From: Acidiphilium sp. | Lineage (GTDB): Bacteria > Pseudomonadota > Alphaproteobacteria > Acetobacterales > Acetobacteraceae | Length of the DNA stretch: 64,000 nucleotides | Assembly: GCA_028688905.1 (NCBI GenBank) | Contig: JAQTXH010000002.1 | Location: forward strand, 19,061-83,060 | Direction: 5' to 3' | Part shown: in pieces, positions 32,410-41,471 of the stretch | How positions within the stretch are numbered: position 1 is the first letter of the stretch | How the letters are laid out: every line of letters begins with the position of its first letter | Position numbers and translations under genes: made by a program | The notes under the pieces: generated by a model | Database searches by the model: none | What the model saw: the letters and a program-made list of their open reading frames with translations, nothing else | Told to the model about the DNA's origin: nothing

Positions 32410-34463
32410 CGCCGGTTATCCTCTTCTGCGCCCTGGCCTGGTTCGCGCTTGGGGGCATCGGGATGCTGTGGGGGCGGCGCGATGTGACGCGGGTGGTCGT
32501 TTACGGCGGAACCCTCGCCGTTGCCGGTATCGCCCTCCTGGCGGCGTTCTTTCAACTCGGTCTCGGTGACGCGCCGGTGCCGACCTTGGTGCTGCCGCTT
32601 GGCCTGCCGTGGCTCGGAATGAATTTCCACCTTGACGATCTGGCGGCGGTCTTTCTGATCATCACCAATCTGGGTGCTGCGGCGGCCAGTCTCTATGCCA
32701 TCGGCTATGGCCGCCACGAGCATGAACCCTGGCGGATTTTGCCGTTCTATCCGGTGTTCATCGCCGCGATGAACCTGGTGATCGTCGCCGCCGACGCGTA
32801 TGATTTCCTAGTGTTCTGGGAATTGATGTCGCTGGCCTCCTGGGCGCTGGTGATGGCGCACCATAATCAGCAGGAGACGCGCCGCGCCGGTGTCACCTAC
32901 TTGCTGATGGCGGATGCCGGCACGCTGGCGCTATTGCTGGCTTTCGGTTTGCTCGCGGGTGCTCACGGGCATTACGATTTCGCGGCGATGCAAGCGGCGC
33001 ATCCATCCCCGGCGGTCGGCGCGGTCGTCATGGTGCTGGTGCTGATCGGCGCAGGGTCCAAGGCCGGTCTGGTGCCGTTGCATGTATGGTTGCCGCGCGC
33101 GCATCCGGCGGCACCGAGCCAGGTTTCGGCGCTGATGAGCGGGGTGATGACCAAGGTCGCCATTTACGCCTTCATCCGCATCGTGTTCGATCTCGCGGGT
33201 CCGGTCGCCTGGTGGTGGGGGCTGGTGGTGCTGATTGCCGGGGGCGTCACCGCCGTGCTCGGCGTGCTCTATGCGCTGATGGAAGACGACATCAAGACCA
33301 TTCTTGCTTACAGCACGATCGAAAATGTCGGGCTGATCTTTGTCGGTCTCGGGCTGGCGCTCGCGTTCAAGGCGGATGGCATGGTGGTCGCGGCCGCCCT
33401 TGCCCTCACCGCCGCCCTGTTCCACGCCCTGAACCACATGCTGTTCAAGAGCACGCTGTTTTTCGGAGCCGGTGCGATCCAGCATGCCACCGGCACGCGT
33501 GATTTGTCGAAACTCGGCGGGCTGATCCGCCGGATGCAGATCAGTGCGGTGCCGATGCTGATCGCCGCCATGGCAATCGCGGCGCTGCCGCCGCTCAATG
33601 GTTTCGCCTCCGAATGGCTTTTGTTGCAGGCGATCCTGCTCAGTCCGGCGCTGCCGCAGTTCGGGTTGAAACTGGCGGTGCCGGCGGTTGGCGCGCTGGT
33701 TGCCCTTTCCGCCGCTTTCGCCGCCGCTTGCTTCGTCAGATTTTTCGGTATCGCCTATCTCGGCAGACCGCGCAGCGGCGCGGCCGCCGCCGCGCACGAG
33801 ACCGATGTGTTTTCCCGCGGCGCGATGATCGGGCTGGCGGCGCTGTGCATCGCGGCCGGAGTGCTCCCCGGACTGGTGGTTGACCTGCTCGCCCCGGTGA
33901 CGCAGTCGCTGCTCGGCGCGCATGTCCCCTCGCAGCGTGGGCTGTCGTGGCTGACCATTATTCCGGTATCGGCCAGCAGAAGTTCCTATGATCCGCTGCT
34001 GATCTTCATTTTCATTGCGGTGAGCGGCTCGCTGGCGGCGTTGGCGCTGCACCGATTCGGCTCACGGGTGATCCGGCGCGCGCCGTTCTGGGGTTGCGGT
34101 TTTCGCGGCCTGGAGGAGGCTTCGGCACCGGATCGGGCGATCGGCACGCAATATTCGCCCTCCGGCCTGGCCCAGCCGATCCGGCGGGTGTTTGCGAGCG
34201 TCGTGTTTCGCGCGCGGGATGATGTCGTGTTTCGCGCGCGGGATGATGAAATGATGCCTGCATCGGGCCGGCCGGTGCCGACCAGTTTTGTGTCGCGATG
34301 GATCGATCCCGCATGGGGATTGTTCTATACGCCGATGGTGGCCCTGATCGGCCAGATTGCAGACCGGGCGAACCGGCTGCAATTTCTGTCCATCCGGCGC
34401 TATCTTGGCTTCGTGTTCGCAGCCCTCGTCGCTTTGCTGGCCTGGAACGCGCTATGGGGCTGA
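32406..34463 (+). CDS. hyfB: HyfB-like (NuoL/MrpA-type) antiporter-like subunit of an Ehr complex
   Basis: FLVFWELMSL, SKAGLVPLHVWLPRAHPAAPS.VSALMSGVMTK, LAYSTIENVG and LPPLNGFASEW; GTG start 32406. Confidence 0.9.
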   Translation: MTPVILFCALAWFALGGIGMLWGRRDVTRVVVYGGTLAVAGIALLAAFFQLGLGDAPVPTLVLPLGLPWLGMNFHLDDLAAVFLIITNLGAAAASLYAIGYGRHEHEPWRILPFYPVFIAAMNLVIVAADAYDFLVFWELMSLASWALVMAHHNQQETRRAGVTYLLMADAGTLALLLAFGLLAGAHGHYDFAAMQAAHPSPAVGAVVMVLVLIGAGSKAGLVPLHVWLPRAHPAAPSQVSALMSGVMTKVAIYAFIRIVFDLAGPVAWWWGLVVLIAGGVTAVLGVLYALMEDDIKTILAYSTIENVGLIFVGLGLALAFKADGMVVAAALALTAALFHALNHMLFKSTLFFGAGAIQHATGTRDLSKLGGLIRRMQISAVPMLIAAMAIAALPPLNGFASEWLLLQAILLSPALPQFGLKLAVPAVGALVALSAAFAAACFVRFFGIAYLGRPRSGAAAAAHETDVFSRGAMIGLAALCIAAGVLPGLVVDLLAPVTQSLLGAHVPSQRGLSWLTIIPVSASRSSYDPLLIFIFIAVSGSLAALALHRFGSRVIRRAPFWGCGFRGLEEASAPDRAIGTQYSPSGLAQPIRRVFASVVFRARDDVVFRARDDEMMPASGRPVPTSFVSRWIDPAWGLFYTPMVALIGQIADRANRLQFLSIRRYLGFVFAALVALLAWNALWG

Positions 34464-35410
34464 TCGTTCCGCTGTTTCTGCAATTCGCCCAGATGGCGCT
34501 GGTGCTGGCGGCTGCCCCCTTGCTGACCGGCTTCGTGCGCGTGCTGAAAGCGCGGTTGCAACGGCGCGCCGGGCCACCATTGTTGCAAATGTATCGCGAT
34601 ATCGCCAAGCTGACGGTGAAGGACGTGATTGTCGCGACCGACTCTTCCTGGCTGTTCCGCACCGCTCCCTACTTGATATTTGCCACAACCTGGGTTGCCG
34701 CAGCGCTGGTACCGAGCTTCGGAACCAACATGCTGTTTTCCTGGTCCGGTGACCTGATCGTGATCGTGGCGCTGCTTGGCACGGCACGGTTTTTTCAGAT
34801 GCTCGCGGCCCTCGACATCGGCACGGCCTTCGGCGGCATCGGGGTCAGCCGCGAGGCGATGTTCGCCTCGCTCGCCGAACCCGCGATGCTGATGATCGTG
34901 TTCACCGTTGCCCTGGTCGCGGGGTCGAGCCAGTTGTCCGACATCTCGAATTTCATGCATTCGGGTGCCGCGGGATTGCGGCTGTCGCTAGCCCTGGGTC
35001 TGGTCGCCCTGGTGATCGTCGCCATCGCGGAAACCGGTCGCTTTCCGGTCGACAATCCGGCGACCCATCTGGAACTCACCATGGTGCATGAGGCGATGGT
35101 GCTGGAGTATTCCGGCCGGCATCTCGCGTTGATCGAACTCGCGCATGCGCTCAAGCTGTTGCTGTATATTTCGTTGATTGCCTGCATCTTCGCGCCCCTG
35201 GGCATCGCGCCGCCGGGTGCGGCACTCCCCGCCCTGGTACTCGGTCTCGTCACCTACGGGGTGAAGCTTGCCGCCGGTGCCATCCTGCTGGCCGGCTTCG
35301 AGACCACGATTGCCAAAATGCGGGTGTTCCGCGTGCCCAATTTTGTCGGGGCCGCCCTGATGCTGGCGTTGCTCGGCACCCTGCTGCTTTTTGTATCGGC
35401 AACGCTATGA
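34454..35410 (+). CDS. hyfC: HyfC/HycD-like (NuoH-type) membrane subunit
   Basis: ARLQRRAGPPLLQMYRD, FGGIGVSRE, AETGRFPVDNPATHLELTMVHEAMVLEYSG and ETTIAKMRVF. Confidence 0.9.
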   Translation: MGLIVPLFLQFAQMALVLAAAPLLTGFVRVLKARLQRRAGPPLLQMYRDIAKLTVKDVIVATDSSWLFRTAPYLIFATTWVAAALVPSFGTNMLFSWSGDLIVIVALLGTARFFQMLAALDIGTAFGGIGVSREAMFASLAEPAMLMIVFTVALVAGSSQLSDISNFMHSGAAGLRLSLALGLVALVIVAIAETGRFPVDNPATHLELTMVHEAMVLEYSGRHLALIELAHALKLLLYISLIACIFAPLGIAPPGAALPALVLGLVTYGVKLAAGAILLAGFETTIAKMRVFRVPNFVGAALMLALLGTLLLFVSATL

Positions 35411-36096
35411 TGGGTTTCCTCGCACCGCTGCTTTCGACCGAAACCTCGCTCAGCGTTGCGCATGTGCTGGCGGGCGGCCTGGTTCTGGTCAGCTTCATGA
35501 TGCTGTATCAGGATCGGCTCTCCTCGGTCATCAACGTGCTCGCACTGCACTCGGCGGTGCTTGGGTTTGCCGTAGGCTGGCAAGCCATTATCCAAAATGC
35601 CCCCGAACTTTATATCACGGCGGGGCTAGCGCTTGGATTCAAGGCGATCGTCATTCCGCTTGCTTTGCACCGAATGGTGGAGAAACTCGGTATCCACCGC
35701 CAGGTCGAAGCGGTGGGCGGGATCAGCCTCACAATGCTTGCCGGAATCGGGCTGGTCGCGCTGTCCATGGTGGTCATGCTGCGCACCGCCGCCCATGCCG
35801 ATGCGCTGGCGCGCGAGGATGTGGCGCTGGCACTTTCGGTCATTCTGCTCGGGATGCTGATGATGGTGACACGGCGTAACGCGGTCAGCCAGATCGCCGG
35901 GTTCATGTCGCTTGAAAACGGCCTGATCCTCGCCGCCGCCGGCGCGCAGGGCATGCCGCTGGTGGTGGAAATCAGCGTCGCCTTCTCGATCCTGATCGCC
36001 TTCATCGTGATCGGGGTGTTCCTGTTCCGCATCCGCGAGCGGTTCGACACGGTGGACAGCACCACACTCGATGCGTTTCGTGGAGAAATGCAATGA
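35407..36096 (+). CDS. hyfE: HyfE-like membrane subunit
   Basis: KAIVIP, RRNAVSQIAGFMSLENG and MPLVVE; operon position. Confidence 0.88.
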   Translation: MMGFLAPLLSTETSLSVAHVLAGGLVLVSFMMLYQDRLSSVINVLALHSAVLGFAVGWQAIIQNAPELYITAGLALGFKAIVIPLALHRMVEKLGIHRQVEAVGGISLTMLAGIGLVALSMVVMLRTAAHADALAREDVALALSVILLGMLMMVTRRNAVSQIAGFMSLENGLILAAAGAQGMPLVVEISVAFSILIAFIVIGVFLFRIRERFDTVDSTTLDAFRGEMQ

Positions 36097-37541
36097 CCAG
36101 CCTCGCTTACGACGCCGTGGTGGCGACCATCGCCGTGCCGGCTGTCGCTGCATTGATTCTCGCGGTGGTGCCGTTTTGGCGGCTCGCATCGCAGATCAAC
36201 GTCCTTGCCAGCCTGTTGACGGTCCTGGCGTCTGCGGTGCTGCTCTGGCATCGGCCGGCACCATCGGCGCTGTTCCTGATCGATGATCTTAACATCGTCT
36301 TTTTGCTGCTGAACGGCTTTGTCGGGTTCACCACCAGCGTGTTCAGTGCCAGCTACATCGCCCACGAACTGCAAACCGGCCATCTGACGCCACGCTATTT
36401 GCGGTTCTACCACGCGATGTATCAGGTGATGATGGTCGGGATGAACCTCGCCTTGATCACCAATAATCTCGGTCTGATGTGGTTCGGGGTGGAACTGGCA
36501 ACGCTTTCGACGGTGATGATGGTGGGGATTTACCGCACGCCGGCGTCGATCGAGGCGTCGTGGAAATATCTCATCCTCGGCAGTGTCGGCATCGCGCTCG
36601 CGCTGTTCGGCACCATCCTGATCTATCTCGCCGCCAAGCCAGTGCTCGGCACCGGCATGGGCGCGATGCAATGGACGAATTTGTTGCACCACGCCGCCGT
36701 TCTCGACCCGGCGATGCTGAATGTCGGGTTCATTTTCCTGCTGATCGGTTACGGCACCAAGGCCGGGCTGGTACCGATGCACGCCTGGCTGCCCGATGCC
36801 CATGCCGAAGGGCCGACACCGATTTCGGCCGTGCTCTCCGGGTTGCTGTTGAACGTCGCCCTCTATGCGATTTTACGTTTCAAGGTGTTGCTCGCCGGGA
36901 GTGCCGCGACCATCGAGCCTGGGATTCTGATGTCCGGCGTTGGCCTGTTATCGCTGTTTTTCGCGGCGATCATGCTATACCGGCGGCGCGACATCAAACG
37001 CATGTTCGCCTATTCCTCGATCGAGCATATGGGCATCATCGCCTTCGCTTTCGGCATTGGCGGACCGCTCGGCAACATCGCTGGCCTGTTGCAGATGATG
37101 CTGCACAGCCTGACCAAATCGGCGATCTTTTTCACGGTGGGGCACGTTGCGCAGGCCAAGGGTACCCAGAAAATTGCCGATATCAGGGGGCTGACGACCA
37201 GCCATCCGCTGCTCGGCTGGACCTTGGTCGCCGGGGTCGCGGCGATCGCCGGGTTACCGCCGTTCGGTATTTTCACGTCGGAATTTTTGTTGATCACCTC
37301 AACCTTCGCGCGCGCGCCGCTCCTTGCTGTGTTACTCGGGCTTGGCATTTTGCTGGCGTTTGGTGCCTTGCTGATGCGCATGACCACGCTCTGCTTCGGC
37401 GAACCCAGCCCAGGCTCGCACCCGATCACCGCTTCGTCGGCGCCGATTTTTCTGCACCTGGGGATCGTCCTGCTGATCGGTCTGGCGCTGCCGGCGTTCC
37501 TGTACGACTGGTTCGCGCATGTCGCGATGTTGCTGGGTTAG
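36093..37541 (+). CDS. hyfF: HyfF-like (NuoN/MrpD-type) antiporter-like subunit
   Basis: NNLGLMWFGVELATL, EASWKYL, GYGTKAGLVPMHAWLPDAHAEGPTPISAVLSG and KRMFAYSSIEHMG. Confidence 0.9.
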   Translation: MTSLAYDAVVATIAVPAVAALILAVVPFWRLASQINVLASLLTVLASAVLLWHRPAPSALFLIDDLNIVFLLLNGFVGFTTSVFSASYIAHELQTGHLTPRYLRFYHAMYQVMMVGMNLALITNNLGLMWFGVELATLSTVMMVGIYRTPASIEASWKYLILGSVGIALALFGTILIYLAAKPVLGTGMGAMQWTNLLHHAAVLDPAMLNVGFIFLLIGYGTKAGLVPMHAWLPDAHAEGPTPISAVLSGLLLNVALYAILRFKVLLAGSAATIEPGILMSGVGLLSLFFAAIMLYRRRDIKRMFAYSSIEHMGIIAFAFGIGGPLGNIAGLLQMMLHSLTKSAIFFTVGHVAQAKGTQKIADIRGLTTSHPLLGWTLVAGVAAIAGLPPFGIFTSEFLLITSTFARAPLLAVLLGLGILLAFGALLMRMTTLCFGEPSPGSHPITASSAPIFLHLGIVLLIGLALPAFLYDWFAHVAMLLG

Positions 37542-37545
37542 CGAC

Positions 37546-38976
37546 ATGACCCTGATCGATCACCAAACCTGGCAGGCGGCGGTTGCGGACCTCACCGCTG
37601 GATCGTCGGTATTCGTCGCGATCTGGGCGGAACGGAATGCCGATGCGGCCATCGTCCACCTCGCGGGGCGGCACCGTGGCGCGGCTTCGGTCGAAGTGCT
37701 GAGTCTCGCCACCTCTAGCCTGCACTACCCATCGGTGGGCCTGCATCACCCAGCGGCCATCCTGATGGAGCGGGCGATTCAGGATATCCATGGTCTCACC
37801 GCTGACGGATTGCCGGATACGCGCCCCTGGCTCGATCACGGTACGTGGCCGCATTCGCGCCCCGTGGTACCTTACCCATTCAAGCCGGTTACCGGCGAGG
37901 GTGTACACCAGATTCCGGTAGGACCGGTTCACGCAGGCACGATTGAACCGGGGCATTTCCGGTTTTCGGTCAACGGTGAAACCATCGTCGGGTTGGAAGC
38001 GCGCCTCGGCTACACCCATAAGGGCACCCTCGATCTGATGCGCGGCAAAGCGCCGGATCAGGCGGCACGGCTGGCCGGTCGCGTCTCGGGCGATTCCACC
38101 GTCGCCTACACCTTCGCGTTCTGTCGCGCGGTGGAGCAGGCGATGGGCGTGGACGTGCCGCCGCGCGCGGCATCGCTGCGCGGCATCATGGCCGAACTTG
38201 AACGGCTGGCCAACCATTTTGGTGATTTCGGAGCGATCTGCAATGATTCCGGGTTCCCGCTGATCAACGCGCACGGCGGCGTACTACGCGAGCGGGTCCT
38301 GCGTCTCGCGGCGAGCGCGTTTGGTCACCGATTGATGATGGATTGCATTGTCCCAGGAGGCGTGGCGGTTGATCTCACCGCCGACTCCGCGCGGACCATG
38401 ACAGCCTCCCTTCCTGATCTGCTCGTGCAATTCGAACGCCTCGTAGAACTTTACGACAAAACCGCCTCCCTGCAGGACCGCGTTGTCACTGCCGGATGGC
38501 TCGATCCCCTCCTCGCACGGCGGCTTGGCTGCGGCGGTTATGTCGGACGCGCGTCCGGACAGGATTTCGACGCCCGGCGCGATCTGCAATACGCCCCATA
38601 CGATCGCTTAACGCTCGCGGTGCCGTGCCTCGACGCTGGCGACGTCGATGCGCGGGTGCGGGTGCGCATGGCGGAAATTCGCCAGAGCGTCGCCCTGATC
38701 CTGGAACTGCTGGGTACTCTGGCTGATGGCGAGTTGCGTGCCGTCCTGCCCGATGGTGTGGCAGCCAGCACCGGCAGTGCTGTGGTCGAAGGGTTTCGCG
38801 GCGATATTTTCGCGCATGCGCGCACAAGCGAGGGCCTGATCGCCGAGGTGTTTCTGCGCGATCCCTCGTGGTTTTTCTGGCCAGCGCTGGAGGCGGCGAT
38901 CGAGGGCAATATCGTCGCGGATTTCCCGCTGTGCAACAAATCCTTCAACGCCAGCTATTCTGGCTGTGATCTGTAG
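37546..38976 (+). CDS. HycE/HyfG-like (NuoCD-type) large subunit lacking Ni-binding cysteines (EhrL)
   Basis: IPVGPVHAGTIEPGHFRF, RLGYTHKG and DFPLCNKSFN. The L1 RxCxxC motif reads RVSGDS and the C-terminal DPCxxC motif is absent. Confidence 0.88.
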   Translation: MTLIDHQTWQAAVADLTAGSSVFVAIWAERNADAAIVHLAGRHRGAASVEVLSLATSSLHYPSVGLHHPAAILMERAIQDIHGLTADGLPDTRPWLDHGTWPHSRPVVPYPFKPVTGEGVHQIPVGPVHAGTIEPGHFRFSVNGETIVGLEARLGYTHKGTLDLMRGKAPDQAARLAGRVSGDSTVAYTFAFCRAVEQAMGVDVPPRAASLRGIMAELERLANHFGDFGAICNDSGFPLINAHGGVLRERVLRLAASAFGHRLMMDCIVPGGVAVDLTADSARTMTASLPDLLVQFERLVELYDKTASLQDRVVTAGWLDPLLARRLGCGGYVGRASGQDFDARRDLQYAPYDRLTLAVPCLDAGDVDARVRVRMAEIRQSVALILELLGTLADGELRAVLPDGVAASTGSAVVEGFRGDIFAHARTSEGLIAEVFLRDPSWFFWPALEAAIEGNIVADFPLCNKSFNASYSGCDL

Positions 38977-38982
38977 GATGAC

Positions 38983-39489
38983 ATGCGCAAACTCCTGATC
39001 GAGAGCGTCTTTCGCGGCAAGTTGACCGAACCGCCGCCGATTGTTTCTGATGGTGAAAAAGCCGCCCTGGTTGCCGACCTCGATCGCGTCGCCCAGCGCC
39101 GGCTTGGCCGTTCGCTTGCGATCCGCGAGGTCGATGCCGGGTCCTGCAACGGTTGCGAGCTTGAAATCATCGCGCTCACCAACGCGCTGTACGATCTGGA
39201 GCGTTTCGGCCTGAAATTCGTCGCCTCGCCGCGCCATGCCGATGTGCTGATGGTCACCGGCCCGGTTACCCGCAATATGGAAGCGGCGCTGCGCCTGACC
39301 TACGAAGCGATGCCTGCCCCCAAATTCGTGGTTGCCGTGGGCGACTGCGCCTGCACCGGCGGTTTGTTCGCCGAAAGTCCGGTGTGCGTCGGTACCGTCG
39401 AACAAATTTTACCCATCGATCTACGGATTCCGGGCTGCCCACCCGACCCGGTGGCGCTGCTCAAGGGGTTGATCAGCCTGATCGGCTGA
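38983..39489 (+). CDS. HycG/HyfI-like (NuoB-type) [4Fe-4S] small subunit (EhrS)
   Basis: DAGSCNGCE, SPRHADVLMVTGPVT, VAVGDCA and IPGCPP. Confidence 0.9.
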   Translation: MRKLLIESVFRGKLTEPPPIVSDGEKAALVADLDRVAQRRLGRSLAIREVDAGSCNGCELEIIALTNALYDLERFGLKFVASPRHADVLMVTGPVTRNMEAALRLTYEAMPAPKFVVAVGDCACTGGLFAESPVCVGTVEQILPIDLRIPGCPPDPVALLKGLISLIG

Positions 39490-39500
39490 TGCGCCCCGAT

Positions 39501-39561
39501 GCATTGAAATTGCTTGCAATATTAGAGGCAAAGTACGATCGATCTTAAACGATCGGACTCT
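39501..39561 (+). repeat. Degenerate copy of the intergenic element at 46166-46226
   Basis: Manual ungapped alignment gives 45/61 identities, including TGAAATTGCTTGC and AAACGATC. Confidence 0.7.
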
Positions 39562-39658
39562 CTACTATAGGCACTATAGGCGGAGCCATGTGATCCCTAT
39601 ATATTCCAGGTAGGCGCGCTCGTCCGACCAAACCCGGTGCGCCCCATTGGAGGTCCCC

Positions 39659-40480
39659 ATGAGGGGGTTATCGTTCTTTCGCATTGCTTTTCTCGCGGCC
39701 TTCGTCCTGATTTGGCAGGTGCCTGCCTATGCCGAGACGGGAGCGACACCGCAGCAGCTCCAGACGATGATTGCGGGTGGCCACGAAAAGGCGGCTCTGC
39801 TCGATCTACAGAAAGTCCTTCGGGTTCACCCCCAGAGCGGCGTCGCTTGGTATCTGGTAGCCGAGGCACAGGACGCGGCGGGGAACCGCGATGCCGCCCG
39901 CAGTGCCCTTGCCAAGGCTGAAACATTTGCCCCAGGTCTTCCGTTTGCCCAAGCCGACAAGGTTGCAGCGCTGAAGGCGCATCTGGCCGGGCCGGCCTCC
40001 CCCCCTGGATTTGGTGTGAGTCCGGCAGTTCTGATCATTGGTGGGCTGGTGATCCTGTTCATCATAATCCGGCTGTTCGCGCGTTCCCGTCGGGTCATGT
40101 CGCCTCCGGGCTATCAGAATGGCTATGGCTTCGGAAGCCAGGGTGTACACCCGGGCAATCCTCCTCCCTTCGGGCCGGTCGGGGCTGTCCCCTATCCGAC
40201 GGGAATCGGCGCGGCAGGTTCAGGCGCGGGTAGCGCGATTATTACGGGGTTGGCCGCGGGGGCCGGGTTTGCGGCGGGCGAGCGGATCATCGAGGGGCTG
40301 ACCGGAGCGCCGCACGGTGAACGCCCGGTTGAACCGAACCCCACCGATACCACGACGCCCGCCCCCGAACGTGACGACGGGTTGTCGGGTTCGCCCGGAT
40401 GGGGGAACGACGACCCAGCGCCGGGTAATACCGATACGCTCGGCAGCGGCGGCGATTTCGACCCTGGCAACGATTGGTGA
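39659..40480 (+). CDS. Exported TPR protein with one TM and a Gly/Pro-rich cytoplasmic tail
   Basis: Signal peptide; TPR-like HPQSGVAWYLVAEAQDAAGNRDAARSALAKAE; TM AVLIIGGLVILFIII; acidic C-terminus. Start 39659 after GGAGG. Confidence 0.8.
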   Translation: MRGLSFFRIAFLAAFVLIWQVPAYAETGATPQQLQTMIAGGHEKAALLDLQKVLRVHPQSGVAWYLVAEAQDAAGNRDAARSALAKAETFAPGLPFAQADKVAALKAHLAGPASPPGFGVSPAVLIIGGLVILFIIIRLFARSRRVMSPPGYQNGYGFGSQGVHPGNPPPFGPVGAVPYPTGIGAAGSGAGSAIITGLAAGAGFAAGERIIEGLTGAPHGERPVEPNPTDTTTPAPERDDGLSGSPGWGNDDPAPGNTDTLGSGGDFDPGNDW

Positions 40481-40550
40481 TTGTGGGCAGGCGCTGAACG
40501 TTCTTGAGTTACCGGAAGGTATCAAAGAGACTAGCTCGTTGTTTTCACGG

Positions 40551-40580
40551 GTGATTTACGCTCCGCCGATCATGCGCTCT
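40551..40580 (+). repeat. Degenerate copy of the GTGATTCACGGCTCCG(G/C)CGATCA hairpin element
   Basis: GTGATTTACG-CTCCGCCGATCA versus 52640-52662: one mismatch and one gap. Confidence 0.6.
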
Positions 40581-40735
40581 GGCGCGCCGCCTCTTCCAGG
40601 CCCTATGTGCAGCAGGGTCTGGGAGTCGCCCCTGAGTCCGAGGGTGCCTTGGAAGTTTCACCACCCCGAACAACCATGCGGGGCTGAGACATGTTAGGCC
40701 ATGGCTAATTGGCCCACCCCATAACGGAGTTATCG

Positions 40736-41431
40736 ATGCGACGGATTCACCGGGAAAACCATTTGATCGCACGGATCGGCTGGCTGCGCGCCGCCGTGCT
40801 TGGTGCCAATGACGGGATCATTTCCACGGCGAGCCTGGTGCTCGGCGTCGCCTCCGCCGGCGGCAACGTCCATGGTGTGCTGGTGGCGGGGGTCGCGGGA
40901 CTGGTCGCGGGGGCGATGTCGATGGCGGCGGGGGAGTATGTCTCGGTCAGTTCGCAATCGGACACCGAACATGCCGATCTCGCCCGCGAAACGCGCGAAC
41001 TGGCCAGCGATCCGGGGTACGAGACCGAGGAACTCACCCAAATCTATGTTGACCGCGGGCTGGATGCCAAACTTGCCAGGGAGGTCGCGCGGCAACTCAT
41101 GGCCAAAGACGCGTTGGGTGCCCACGCCCGCGACGAACTCGGCATTTCAGATGCGACGACAGCACGACCGGTGCAGGCGGCGATGGCATCGGCTGCGACA
41201 TTCTCGATCGGAGCCGCCGCGCCGCTGATCCTGGTTCTGCTGGCCCCTGCCTCCGCGCTGCTGGCGGTGGTGGGGGTGGGGTCGCTGCTGTTTCTTGCCG
41301 TGCTGGGCATGATCGGGGCCAAAACCGGCGGTGCCGGCCTGCTGCGGCCAACCCTGCGGGTCGCGTTCTGGGGCGCGCTCGCCATGGGCATCACCACCGG
41401 GATCGGTGCCTTGATCGGCTCGGCGGTGTGA
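40736..41431 (+). CDS. VIT1/CCC1-family Fe2+/Mn2+ exporter
   Basis: GWLRAAVLGANDGIIS, AGAMSMAAGEYVSV and HARDELGI. Confidence 0.95.
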   Translation: MRRIHRENHLIARIGWLRAAVLGANDGIISTASLVLGVASAGGNVHGVLVAGVAGLVAGAMSMAAGEYVSVSSQSDTEHADLARETRELASDPGYETEELTQIYVDRGLDAKLAREVARQLMAKDALGAHARDELGISDATTARPVQAAMASAATFSIGAAAPLILVLLAPASALLAVVGVGSLLFLAVLGMIGAKTGGAGLLRPTLRVAFWGALAMGITTGIGALIGSAV

Positions 41432-41471
41432 CTGGCACAATGGTGCCGCCCACCGAACGGCACATCGGCTG

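Noticed and set aside
32406-39489. Formate hydrogenlyase / hydrogenase-4 annotation
   Set aside because: The large subunit lacks both Ni-binding CxxC motifs, and there are no fdh or hyp genes alongside.
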